A stretch of 64,000 bases of DNA from Promethearchaeota archaeon (GCA_019057865.1 JAHLWP010000014.1:23462-87461); one strand, 5' to 3'; numbered from the stretch's first letter, positions 39,301 through 49,001 are shown. Numbers and translations: made by a program. Notes: generated by a model not told the origin, from the sequence alone.

Positions 39301-40197
39301 ATTTATATGGAAAAACAAGGGTATAAATTAAAATTAGCTGAAAGAAGAATAACAGAGAAAGCTAAAAAAACCCTATTTGAAAAAGATTTAGGTCTGTATA
39401 TTGACTTTATTGATGAGATTATCAACTTTCTAAATGCTGTGAAAACTGTTGATAAAGTAGGAGGATTATACCGCCAAAAACTTAAAAGTGAACTTTCAAA
39501 GTTCATAGCTTCAAAAGCTTCTAAAAAAGTAAAAAATAAAAAGCAGATAAGCGAATTACGAGATGATTTGTTCCATATTCTTGTTAAACACGGATATTTA
39601 ATTGAAACTCATCCTAACAAAGCAGGTGGTTCAGAATCCATTAGGACTTGTTATGAAGTGGGATCAAAATACAATGAAGCTTTGAATGATTACTTTCAAA
39701 CAGAAGGAGATTATTTACCCAATGTTTCTGTGGATATTATTGAGGGAAATTCTGATTCAGATTCAAATATTCTTGATTATTTTCGGAAAGAAACCAAGAA
39801 GGAAATTATAAATCAAGAAAAGTTCGATGAGATATTACTTGAACAATGTAGTAAAATGTTATGGAAATTATATCAAATGTATTCTGCTAATAACAAAAAC
39901 GAATTTGAAAAATCTCTTAAAATTGGAGAAAATTTCATTAAAGACTTCTTAATAAATCTCCATCAATCTTATCTCCAAGAAAATAATATCTCTATACCTG
40001 AGATTAATGATCCAGAAATATTTTTTGACCATTTAGCTAAAAATAACCTAATTCCTTTAACTAAAGATGAACTTAGAGATTATTTTAAAAAATCCAAGGA
40101 AATTATATCAAATACCACAAATATTGAAAAAACTGCTAAAGATCTTCATGATTTATTATTTGAGTTTTATAATAAATTTCAATCCTATATAAGCTAA
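36310..40197 (+). CDS. Membrane protein with a degenerate HerA/VirB4-like ATPase domain
   Basis: Two TM-pair + INPF modules; C-terminal VFDYSG.W, IVDLS.L and ANQ...LHP resemble the HerA/DUF87 fold, but the Walker A is not intact. Confidence 0.65.
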   Translation: MINKNNKRKKDEKMSNFIPKQYQNDAKIIGEQENSHDYLDIWDVNPSYKDINSRFSILKGISLTIILFFLAILTYQLTTNIYISIGLTIFTLLFFIFCFSDNFFNLRNLYYYLFHKFISINPFENLSFCTIRQEPTFLLILNKKDAISTAMRIFKIETLPENVYPTLNQFLKALNKGQISYTYQVVQSPYLDFSEPSSENKFQVESIRSQNLSSIDSLHTSIYFCVYYNINGILSSNKIDKLIEIVNDLSNELKSNFSANFHHTKISLLGGIDLINAIRTFFCKSSIQPADKEADLFIAKRNLPKVLFKTGFVSFLIISLSYLLLSLIFPLGFIILINFLLELLIICIWWREILFYFSKSRLSRNLELTQINPFTDVEFYRLNKYNDLIFTYIDNQLLLASKIFNLKFAAQPTLTYFDKFIRGIDKYKIIFNYNLQVTPISANLFSKECLKLLNDKTKESLEGILYITLDKTSSKKVKHPEVEFEKWLDMRSGVWKTMLTVSTSSYLFTKDLTFKNFIELEKELSTNAKILKRTFEDNFLNFKLVGLKNQLLISGFLSECLKNHSFRLNGTHLNYVYFQGKSLIELAKIVNEFKKGIDTRIAAEFNTPLQLKNFITIGNTINTEFLDEEVPFGLTFDQLQQLLITNGLSYNREHTKMKIVSELVKANKSCIVFDYSGKWSKLMNFFKDSQYNGNILYFKLGSSFSIDLKHSGMKYDKNNIDYLNLFFDTFALAFKAEKRYVDLLKDSFLRQDEFDVSSISLDLEMKNKWERDYKTNNLIAIFRDFRNQSQIFSNLTLDHEDEINPIDFLRNDKSIIVDLSILKDLEQKTFVTFIIISKLIHYIQNSTDYYKKVIFIPNIDMFFDSFFIDNNYNTTNYGKVSKFLEPFLECGFGLICSANQIRYLHPHVFSFLHNIITFRANDTRDIAVLKNQMNLQELQGTGYYSSKRNNTYQINYLMNMRENEVIIKRSDIYQPFPGVVDLNELKGIEPLQYEKILIYMEKQGYKLKLAERRITEKAKKTLFEKDLGLYIDFIDEIINFLNAVKTVDKVGGLYRQKLKSELSKFIASKASKKVKNKKQISELRDDLFHILVKHGYLIETHPNKAGGSESIRTCYEVGSKYNEALNDYFQTEGDYLPNVSVDIIEGNSDSDSNILDYFRKETKKEIINQEKFDEILLEQCSKMLWKLYQMYSANNKNEFEKSLKIGENFIKDFLINLHQSYLQENNISIPEINDPEIFFDHLAKNNLIPLTKDELRDYFKKSKEIISNTTNIEKTAKDLHDLLFEFYNKFQSYIS

Positions 40198-40221
40198 TAT
40201 ATATGAAAATGTGATAAAAAT

Positions 40222-40917
40222 ATGTTTGAGGAAATACCAGTTATTATTATTTTTCTATTGTTCTCACTTGTTGTTTCCTATCTTTTGTTGAAATATACTC
40301 CTGAACCGTTCAAAAAGATTATTGTAGGTCTAATGATGGTAGGTATCATTATTCACGAATTCTTTCATGTTGTCATGTGTATAATTACAAATACTCCCAT
40401 TAAAAATATAAAATTTTTAGAAATAACCAAAACAGAATTGAATCCAAATTATAAAAAATATGAATTTAATGGATGTATAATGATTAAAGGAGAAGATAAG
40501 ATGACTTTCCTTCAAGCACTTTTAGTAGGATTAGCTCCTTTATTATTCTCATTCTGGATTTGCTTTTTATTATTAGATTTTGTTGTTCATCCAAGTGATG
40601 AACTCTTATTTTTCTTTAGTCTCTTCATAATACTTTCAATTATGTTCTCTGCCGCTCCTTCTTCCACAGATTTGAAAAATATTCCAAATTCTTTCATTAA
40701 CAATCCCAAATATTCAGCTTATCAAAGTGTTCTTTTAATTTTGTCGATTTTTATTGTTTGGATGATCTTACCGAATTTATATATCTCTAAACTCCATGAG
40801 ATTATTATATACCTGATGATTATGGTTTTCTATTATATATGGAAATATAGTTTTAAATTTTTAAACTCATTGTTTCACTTGGTTAACTCAAGCAAGAAAT
40901 TAAAATTAAAACATTAA
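40222..40917 (+). CDS. Membrane zinc metalloprotease (M50/DUF3267-like)
   Basis: IIHEFFH (HExxH), LAP and PS.TD motifs in a multi-TM protein. Confidence 0.8.
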   Translation: MFEEIPVIIIFLLFSLVVSYLLLKYTPEPFKKIIVGLMMVGIIIHEFFHVVMCIITNTPIKNIKFLEITKTELNPNYKKYEFNGCIMIKGEDKMTFLQALLVGLAPLLFSFWICFLLLDFVVHPSDELLFFFSLFIILSIMFSAAPSSTDLKNIPNSFINNPKYSAYQSVLLILSIFIVWMILPNLYISKLHEIIIYLMIMVFYYIWKYSFKFLNSLFHLVNSSKKLKLKH

Positions 40918-40953
40918 GAACTTTTAGAAAAAGGAGTAAAAAACTAATCTTTT

Positions 40954-41109
40954 TTACCAATCCTTAAAGTGGCTCTTAATGCATAAGACCGCATCTTCAG
41001 TGTTTAATTTATTAGTAGATGCGGCAGACCTTAAATAAAAATCCCCGTCTGGTCTTAAAAAAATAGGCAAAGGACTCTTTTCAACAGTAATTATACAAAT
41101 TCTCTTGGT
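40954..41109 (-). pseudogene. C-terminal fragment of an AlbA_2/Schlafen-like domain
   Basis: Translates ICIITVEKSPLPIFLRPDGDFYLRSAASTNKLNTEDAVLCIKSHF; no start codon. Confidence 0.6.
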
Positions 41110-41128
41110 TTAAATTTAAGCCCTTAAT

Positions 41129-41617
41129 TTATCCATCATTTTTGATTTTACATGAATAGACCTTAGCAGACCACTCTTCACCTAAAAACTTAATTAATTT
41201 GAAATCCTTGCTGAATTCTTTCTGTCTCCTTTGCTCTATTTGTGATTCTGCCAATGCTTTATTGTATTGTTCTATTGTGTTCCAATTATCCCAATCCCTT
41301 AAATTTTCCCATCTTTTTTCGATTACAGAACGACTAATAAACGTATCTTTTTGAAACTGAACTGTATAATAAAAATCATCTTCAGGAAAATTCATTTCAA
41401 AGCTAATAGGCACAAAACCAAAATCTCTAATCACAAATTTAACTGTACACCCTGGTTTAATGGTAACATCATAATCAACCTTCCCATTTGGATCCGCAAC
41501 AGTATTTACTATCTCTCTCAAAGAAGAATCTCTTGGTTCAGATAAGTTAAATACCGCAACTCTTGTTCCTTCTTTTGTCTTGCTTGGTCTCAAACCGTTA
41601 ATAAATATTCTCGCCAT
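41129..41617 (-). CDS. Hypothetical protein ending in a truncated protein-kinase N-lobe start (probable pseudogene)
   Basis: C-terminus FKLIKFLGEEWSAKVY resembles kinase subdomain I and is followed by a stop. Confidence 0.5.
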   Translation of the reverse strand: MARIFINGLRPSKTKEGTRVAVFNLSEPRDSSLREIVNTVADPNGKVDYDVTIKPGCTVKFVIRDFGFVPISFEMNFPEDDFYYTVQFQKDTFISRSVIEKRWENLRDWDNWNTIEQYNKALAESQIEQRRQKEFSKDFKLIKFLGEEWSAKVYSCKIKNDG

Positions 41618-41856
41618 AATTGGAATTTCTTTTATTTATTATTATATTTTATAGAAATTTAGATAAGATTAGAATGTGTTGAATTATTTAAAAGTTATAA
41701 TATATTAATAACAGTGAGTTATAAATCGTTTTTAAATTCTCTTAAAGAGCACATAGAGCATGAAACTCTTGATTTATTTATCAAAGAAAGAAAATTAAGA
41801 GATGAGACATTAATCTCAAATGATCCCTCGAAAAATAAGAAGGAAGTGTTAAGTTA

Positions 41857-43032
41857 ATGGAAAGAAAAGTAAAAAAAGTCGAAGAAAAGGTAGATAAATT
41901 AAAAGAAACTTTAGAAACATTTACACAAAATCTAGCTAACTTAATGCAAAAATTAGCACGATATTTAGAAACAAAAAATAAAATGGAACTACTTAGCAGT
42001 TTATCCGATTATCCAGACGAGAGAAAGGAATTTAGAGAGGATCTTAAAAAGTATGGACTCGGTGTATTTTTATGGGGTAAAGAGAGATACCCAAATGTAT
42101 TTGATATTTTTGAAAGCATTGGTTTTTTACCTTCTGTATTTGAAATTACAGAAATAGAAAAAGCTATTCAAGAATATGATCAATTTATTGAAATGGTAAA
42201 ACAAAAGAACAAGGATTTAGTAGAAACGGAGATAAATGAGACTTATAAAATATTTTTTGATACAAGTATTAATCCTATCGAAATTTTAGTTACAAAATCG
42301 CACCTTTGGCGAAAAATAGATGAAAATACATCATTATATATTGATTTATTGTTTAAAACACTACCCGCATCAGAAATTTATATCAATATATTAAAAAGGG
42401 TGATTAAAGTTGAGACCGCAAGATTTAAAGTGAAATCTAAGAGGAGAAAAGGAAAGGGGCTATTTAAATTAACTGGCGATATATTTAAACGAATAAATAA
42501 GGAGTTTTCCAAAAAATGCCCTCGCGAAGTAGTAAAACCAATTCAAGATTTAGGAGATTTTTGTAAAAATATTGTCAAAGATATATCTTATATAGAAGAG
42601 CATAAAAAAGAAGATTTTTATAATTTATTGGAACTTACAAAAGATTTACATGAATTCCATATAGATCTGGTAAAATTTTTACTCAGATTATGGCATATAT
42701 ACGAAAATGGAAATAGAGATTATGTAAACAATTATAAGATAGAGGATCATTTTCCTAATTTATACACAATTATTAATCACTACATAAAAAAGAATCTAAC
42801 TAAATATTGTCCTTCCTTAAGTAGGGTTATTACGGGATTTTTTTTACCTTTTGAGAAATTTCGTCATATAGAATCCCATACGACGCCTGAATTAAAAATT
42901 TCAGATGATAAAAAAATAATCTATATCCCTAAGAAGGGGAAAAAAAGCCATATTAAAGTTGATATTGATACTTTTAAAACTCCAATAAGAACTTACATCT
43001 GTTTTATCGAAGCATTAAGGATATATCGCTAA
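41857..43032 (+). CDS. Hypothetical protein
   Basis: 391-aa ORF with an N-terminal coiled coil and a C-terminal RHIESH (Rx4H). Confidence 0.7.
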   Translation: MERKVKKVEEKVDKLKETLETFTQNLANLMQKLARYLETKNKMELLSSLSDYPDERKEFREDLKKYGLGVFLWGKERYPNVFDIFESIGFLPSVFEITEIEKAIQEYDQFIEMVKQKNKDLVETEINETYKIFFDTSINPIEILVTKSHLWRKIDENTSLYIDLLFKTLPASEIYINILKRVIKVETARFKVKSKRRKGKGLFKLTGDIFKRINKEFSKKCPREVVKPIQDLGDFCKNIVKDISYIEEHKKEDFYNLLELTKDLHEFHIDLVKFLLRLWHIYENGNRDYVNNYKIEDHFPNLYTIINHYIKKNLTKYCPSLSRVITGFFLPFEKFRHIESHTTPELKISDDKKIIYIPKKGKKSHIKVDIDTFKTPIRTYICFIEALRIYR

Positions 43033-43166
43033 ATTAAAACAATAAAGTAGGAGAGACTAAAAAAAGGGTCAATCGTGTGATAAGCAGCTTTTTACTTTAC
43101 ACAATTCAATTTATTTAAACATTTCAATTTATTTAAAGAAAAACAAGAAAAACAGAATTAGAAAGG

Positions 43167-43248
43167 TGACTCCTACCTGAAGAATGAAATATGCCTTAGG
43201 TTATTGGCTTATTCATGTAATTCTATCTTCGGTGATCGGTAGGAGTCA
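43167..43248. other. Long imperfect hairpin between convergent genes
   Basis: 11-bp arms TGACTCCTACC/GGTAGGAGTCA with inner pairings TGAAGA/TCTTCG, ATGAA/TTCAT and GCC/GGC. Confidence 0.55.
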
Positions 43249-44481
43249 TGGTTTCAAGCCTCGCATAAGGAGGATCTTTATTTTTAAAGAAAGCGAGATG
43301 TTCAATATCAAATAATTCGCTTCCGGGACTTCAGAACGTTTTAAAGGTTCAAATATCATTAGGGGATGGTGAACTTTCAACATCATTAAGACGGGATTAT
43401 TCTGAGCATCTCGCACAGCAAAAAAATAGTAATCAATACCGTTGTGATGGTTGAATACTTGGTTAGCATTACCGAGAACAATTTGAACGATCTGATTCGG
43501 AGTATCTTTTACCTTTTCTTTTGCTTCGAGTAGTCCTAGGTTTCTCATAACTTCTTTTATAAGGTTAGAAGATCGAACTAAGCTGACAAACCCATCTATA
43601 TGTAATTGTTCAAAGATCCTTCTTTTTACTTGAAATTGGATGGTGCTCATTTGAATCCCAAGCCTGTTACAGATAGAAGATACATTGACAACTTCATTGT
43701 AAGAACACAAAGCAGATATAGATGTGGCTAATCCTGCGATGACATCATCTTTAGTATTTTTAATCTGTTCCCATAGTTTATGCATGATCTTTTTAGATTG
43801 GTAGAAAAAGGGCATTCCTAATTCGAATGATTCGGTAATTTCGAGTATTTTGTGGGAAATATAATCTTGTCTATTTCGCTCCTGGTATTCAGGGATAAAT
43901 TTTAAAATTTGTAATGAGAAATCATTAAATTCTTTCTTTGAGATCTTAGAGACTTCTAATAATTTTAATCGCCTAATGCAAATATTCTCAAGCCTTAAAG
44001 TGTAGTAGAGTACAATAGGGACTAATTTTTCGATATTTCTATACTTTGTTCCAGGTCGTAATTGCTTCCATAGATCCTTAACCCTCTTAATTACAATTCT
44101 TTGGCATGAGCTTGGCAAATTCAAGCAATTAAATATCCTTTTTATCTCAATTCCGACTTTTTCTTGAAGTGATTTGAACCTATCTTTTCGTAAATGAAGG
44201 AAGTTCAAATATTTAAGCTTCACAGAATTGGGAGATTTTTGCCGTTCTCCCTTGGTCCCTATTTGTGTCGTTCCTAAGATGGCATATTGAAGGATATCGT
44301 CATTATAATGTCGATCATATTGTAGTTTTTGTATTTCTAAGACAATTCCACAATCTCCACAGACATAACCCTCAATAGTTTCTTGGATATTAGCAGAACT
44401 GCATAGATCACATGAAACCGAAGAGAAATGTGGGGAAATGGAACTTGAAATATTGTTATTAATCACCATTTTTTTGATCAC
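43246..44481 (-). CDS. TFIIB-like protein (Zn ribbon + cyclin folds), divergent paralog
   Basis: CDLC...YVCGDCG Zn ribbon, GTTQIG, helical cyclin-like repeats. Confidence 0.75.
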   Translation of the reverse strand: MIKKMVINNNISSSISPHFSSVSCDLCSSANIQETIEGYVCGDCGIVLEIQKLQYDRHYNDDILQYAILGTTQIGTKGERQKSPNSVKLKYLNFLHLRKDRFKSLQEKVGIEIKRIFNCLNLPSSCQRIVIKRVKDLWKQLRPGTKYRNIEKLVPIVLYYTLRLENICIRRLKLLEVSKISKKEFNDFSLQILKFIPEYQERNRQDYISHKILEITESFELGMPFFYQSKKIMHKLWEQIKNTKDDVIAGLATSISALCSYNEVVNVSSICNRLGIQMSTIQFQVKRRIFEQLHIDGFVSLVRSSNLIKEVMRNLGLLEAKEKVKDTPNQIVQIVLGNANQVFNHHNGIDYYFFAVRDAQNNPVLMMLKVHHPLMIFEPLKRSEVPEANYLILNISLSLKIKILLMRGLKP

Positions 44482-44992
44482 TATTTTTATTACTAAGAAA
44501 TAGTTGGGAAGGAGTTTCCTTTTTAAATGTTTCCTTTAAAAATCAATTTCTGAGAAGAAGGCTTCTTCTTAGATTCTAGAAGATTATTTTTAACAAAATT
44601 GTATAAAAACCCTACTGAGAAATAATTTTGGTTGTCACTTAATTTTAAAAACCTTTTAGAAGTTTGAGTAAGACTCAATTATGTTGAATTAAGTTTTACT
44701 TTTAATATTAAAATTAATAATATATTGTCAGGTTTTGAAATTTGGCTTTATAGGTAAAAAAGTAATTTTTACTAAAATTTTTTTTATTAATATATATTGA
44801 AGTTATATTTTTGAAAAGAATGAGAGGAAAAAATTTGTTATTATTCATTTTTAGGACTTTTCTTAATTTTTATATCACCACCCCCTCTTTCCTCTTATTC
44901 TTTTGTTTTTTCAATAAGCTTATCATTTTTTCTTTTAATAAATGCGAACTGAACATTAATTTAAAAATAAACTGTTAAAAATGTGAAATATT

Positions 44993-45532
44993 ATGATAAG
45001 ACTAAATTATATATTGACAATTCCGGTTGTGTGTATCCTTTTAGAATTAATACAAATTATAAATCTCGTGGCAATTTTAATACAGCATGAATATACTTGG
45101 ATGTTAAATTTAATATATTTAGGATTTAATTTTGATGTAGTTCCTCTTATTGATATCTTATTAATTTTAAATACTGTTGTATCCCTAATAATAGAACTAC
45201 TATTAATCTTATGGTTCTCAATAGAAGATTCTGATGACTATTATACGAGGAAAATAGGGTATTTATGGATAATCTTAGGATGTTTATTTTTAACTAACAT
45301 TCTCTTATTTGCTGCAATCTCAGATGGGTATACTCTACCATTAAAGAGCTCTCCCCGTATTGGCAGTTACTTATTTATTTTAAGCAGTATTATAGCCCAA
45401 ATTACTATATTTCTTATAGCGCTTGGTATTGGAATTTTTCTGGTGGTCAATGAAAGTAAATCCTCTAAAGTTAAAAAGTTGAAGCTTTCTCGTAAGATGT
45501 TCAAACAAAAATTTGCTCCAAATACCCTCTAA
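44993..45532 (+). CDS. Four-TM hypothetical membrane protein
   Basis: Four hydrophobic segments; the stop lies 3 nt from the first CRISPR repeat. Confidence 0.7.
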   Translation: MIRLNYILTIPVVCILLELIQIINLVAILIQHEYTWMLNLIYLGFNFDVVPLIDILLILNTVVSLIIELLLILWFSIEDSDDYYTRKIGYLWIILGCLFLTNILLFAAISDGYTLPLKSSPRIGSYLFILSSIIAQITIFLIALGIGIFLVVNESKSSKVKKLKLSRKMFKQKFAPNTL

Positions 45533-45535
45533 TGT

Positions 45536-46545
45536 ATTTCAATCTTCTATTTGAAGCTAATTTCTTTGCGACAAAGGAGTTGGTAAAAATTTCAACAATT
45601 TATAAAATCAAATTTCAATCTTCTATTTGAAGCTAATTTCTTTGTGACCAAAATCTTGCACGTTTAACTATATTGCCTTGAATGAATTTCAATCTTCTAT
45701 TTGAAGCTAATTTCTTTGCAACATAAAATGCTTATTAAAGCTTGTGAAAATTGTTATTATATTTCAATCTTCTATTTGAAGCTAAATTCTTTGCGACATG
45801 ATTATGGACATCTATAAAATGTATAATGCTAATGCGTTTCAATCTTCTATTTGAAGTTAATTTCTTTGCGACATATAATATCATCTGATTCTGAAAAGGG
45901 GGTTAGAAAAGATTTCAATCTTCTATTTGAAGCTAATTTCTTTGCGACTATGATGATACTTTATTAGTTAGTTTAAGAATTGCTTTGTTTCAATCTTCTA
46001 TTTCAAGCTAATTTCTTTGCGACCCTAGTATTGAATGATTTAAACCATAATCTAAATCTTAATTTCAATCTTCTATTTGAAGCTAATTTCTTTGCGACCT
46101 TAAAAGATTAATTTACTTCCACGATACCACAGAATTTCAATCTTCTATCTGAAGCTAATCTCTTTGCGACGAATATCATACTCCGATTAACAAGTTGATA
46201 CAAGTATTTCAATCTTCTATTTGAAGCTAATTTCTTTGCGACTTTTACCTTTACAAATGGAACAGGAGATACAATAGGATTTCAATCTTCTATTTGAAGC
46301 TAATTTCTTTGCGACCTGTAAGTCTATTAGTAATTGGAATCGTATTACCTCTCGGTCTATTTCAATCTTCTATTTGAAGCTAATTTCTTTGCCACTTGGA
46401 ACTGCGGAAGAGATAGCATATGCTTACGAGAAATTTCAATCTTCTATTTGAAGCTAATTTCTTTGCGACAGGCGGAATTTTATATAAAGGCGATGTAGCA
46501 GAGCCTTAATTTCAATCTTCTATTTGAAGCTAATTTCTTTGCGAC
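45536..46545 (-). CRISPR. CRISPR array 1a: 14 repeats, 13 spacers
   Basis: 37-bp repeat GTCGCAAAGAAATTAGCTTCAAATAGAAGATTGAAAY on the minus strand; spacers 35-43 nt. Confidence 0.97.
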
Positions 46546-46652
46546 TCTTATTATATATAATATAATAAGCTAATTACTAATATTTATTTTTTTATCGCGA
46601 ATATAAAAGTACCATATGTAAAGAAGTATATGTCTAAATATACATTGAATAG
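46546..46652 (-). promoter_or_regulatory. Truncated CRISPR leader between arrays 1a and 1b
   Basis: 107-nt AT-rich gap starting TCTTATTATATATAATATAA, like the leader starts at 48875 and 63828. Confidence 0.6.
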
Positions 46653-48874
46653 GTTTCAATCTTCTATTTGAAGCTAATTTCTTTGCGACTGAACTTATCG
46701 AAAACACCTAAAGATTTAGCGAAACAATTTCAATCTTCTATTTGAAGCTAATTTCTTTGCGACATAACGTAACAAACATATTCAAACGTATTGCAAGATA
46801 TTGATTTCAATCTTTTATTTGAAGCTAATTTCTTTGTGACCAAAATCTTGCACGTTTAACTATATTGCCTTGAATGAATTTCAATCTTCTATTTGAAGCT
46901 AATTTCTTTGCGACATGGAAAAATCATGATACACAAACTTTCAAATTAGTATTTCATTCTTCTATTTGAAGCTAATTTCTTTGCGACACCAGAGTTTTAT
47001 GAGAGATTTCATCAAATTTCGAAATTTCAATCTTCTATTTGAAGCTAATTTCTTTTCGACTGCTCCTGGACCTGCATGTGATAATTGCCATGAATTAATA
47101 TTTCAATCTTCTATTTGAAGCTAATTTCTTTGCGACTGTTTTACCACTTGGATTAGGATATTTGGCTATAGCATTTCAATCTTCTATTTGAAGCTAATTT
47201 CTTTGCGACTACAATGCATTCTTATCGTGGATTATTCATGTGTATTTGCATTTCAATCTTTTATTTGAAGCTAATTTCTTTGCGACAAATGAATCGGTTG
47301 ATTATATATTTTGTGGTCATCTAATATTTCAATCTTCTATTTGAAGCTATTTTCTATGTATCTTGGAGACTTACTTGCTCAGAATGAATTTATCATTAAG
47401 TTTCAATCTTCTATTTGAAGCTAATTTCTTTGCGACATTAATATTTATAAGAACTCATTATGATGCATCCCATAAATTTCAATCTTCTATTTGAAGCTAA
47501 TTTCTTTGTGACGAATAATAATCTTTCATCCATGGCGGGGGAAACCTATTTTAAAATTTCAATCTTCTATTTGAAGCTAATTTCTTTGCGATTTAGCTTT
47601 AAAACGCAATCCTTACTGGTATAATAATGTGTTTCAATCTTCTATTTGAAGCTAATTTCTTTGCGATTATTAAAAAAGCATTTGGGATAAAGAAGCCTAC
47701 GGGCGGTTTCAATCTTCTATTTGAAGCTAATTTCTTTGCGATAATGTTATCAGGAAAATATGGCCTCTTAGATTCAAAGTTTCAATCTTCTATTTGAAGC
47801 TAATTTCTTTGCGATCACATGAAAAAAATAAGAGAAGCTTTAGTTCAAGATAGTTTCAATCTTCTATTTGAAGCTAATTTGGTTGCGACATTAGGAACTA
47901 AAGGAAATGCTTATGTAGTCTTTAAGAAATTTCAATCTTCTATTTGAAGCTAATTTCTTTGCGGCTGTCTTAAATCTGGTAAAACAGAGGAGGAATGTAA
48001 GATATTTCAATCTTCTATTTGAAGCTAATTTCTTTGCGACCTCATTCAAAAGTATTTATAGAAAAACCTAAATATTGTTTCAATCTTCTATTTGAAGCTA
48101 ATTTCTTTGCGACACCAGAAGCATATATATATTCACCAAGAGAAATGATATTTCAATCTTCTATTTGAAGCTAATTTCTTTGCGACGTTAATTTCTGCAA
48201 ATCAACATAGGGGAGACTTCAGTTTATTTCAATCTTCTATTTGAAGCTAATTTCTTTGCGACGACTGATGGATTCGGTACATTTCCCAGAGTTATTAAGT
48301 CATTTCAATCTTCTATTTGAAGCTAATTTCTTTGCGACTATCATAGGTTTTAATGGAGATATACGCAAACAAGATGGGTTTCAATCTTCTATTTGAAGCT
48401 ATTTTCTATGTATCATTATTCATGGGACAACGATTATATGGTTGGCTGGAATCGAGAGTTTCAATCTTCTATTTGAAGCTAATTTCTTTGCGACACAAAA
48501 TGTCACATAAAAAATATTCTATGTCTATAACATTTCAATCTTCTATTTGAAGCTAATTTCTTTGCGACAAAGATCCAATGATTTCTACTGATATTTTAAA
48601 TGTTCAGTTGTTTCAATCTTCTATTTGAAGCTAATTTCTTTGCCACTAATGACTGTCGGAGTAAGAGATATTGTTATGGTCGCTGTATTTCAATCTTCTA
48701 TTTGAAGCTAATTTCTTTGCCACAAGATTATCTGTATTTATTTTACACGATTTTGATTTAAGATTTCAATCTTCTATTTGAAGCTAATTTCTTTGCGACG
48801 AGTTTGAACCTCATACCGAAATGAATGAAGCATACGAATTTCAATCTTCTATTTGAAGCTAATTTCTTTGCGAC
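46653..48874 (-). CRISPR. CRISPR array 1b: 30 repeats, 29 spacers
   Basis: Same 37-bp repeat, with two strongly variant copies. Confidence 0.97.
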
Positions 48875-49001
48875 TCTAGTTACTATATAATATAAAAAGA
48901 AAGTATATTTAATTTTTGTTAACTTAATAAAAATTTCATATTAAAACAAAAAATTTTCTTTATTTTTGTTGTAATCTTCTCTCTTTTTGATTTATTTCTT
49001 C
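48875..49001 (-). promoter_or_regulatory. CRISPR leader (probably extends further into the AT-rich 49000-49600 region)
   Basis: AT-rich and nearly identical to 63828-64000. Confidence 0.85.

Noticed and set aside
3150-39506. Many short antisense or nested ORFs (e.g. 7976-8302, 16094-16591, 19123-19329, 24830-25126, 28396-28734, 32656-32967, 33716-33928)
   Set aside because: Shadows of well-supported genes on the other strand or frame, with no motifs
43167-43248. Hairpin as a Lokiarchaeal eukaryote-like SECIS after a TGA
   Set aside because: AUGA is present but pairs Watson-Crick with UCAU; there is no opposing GA for the kink-turn, and the upstream gene is not a selenoprotein type
48353-48550. 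65-aa ORF in the track
   Set aside because: Translation through CRISPR repeats and spacers
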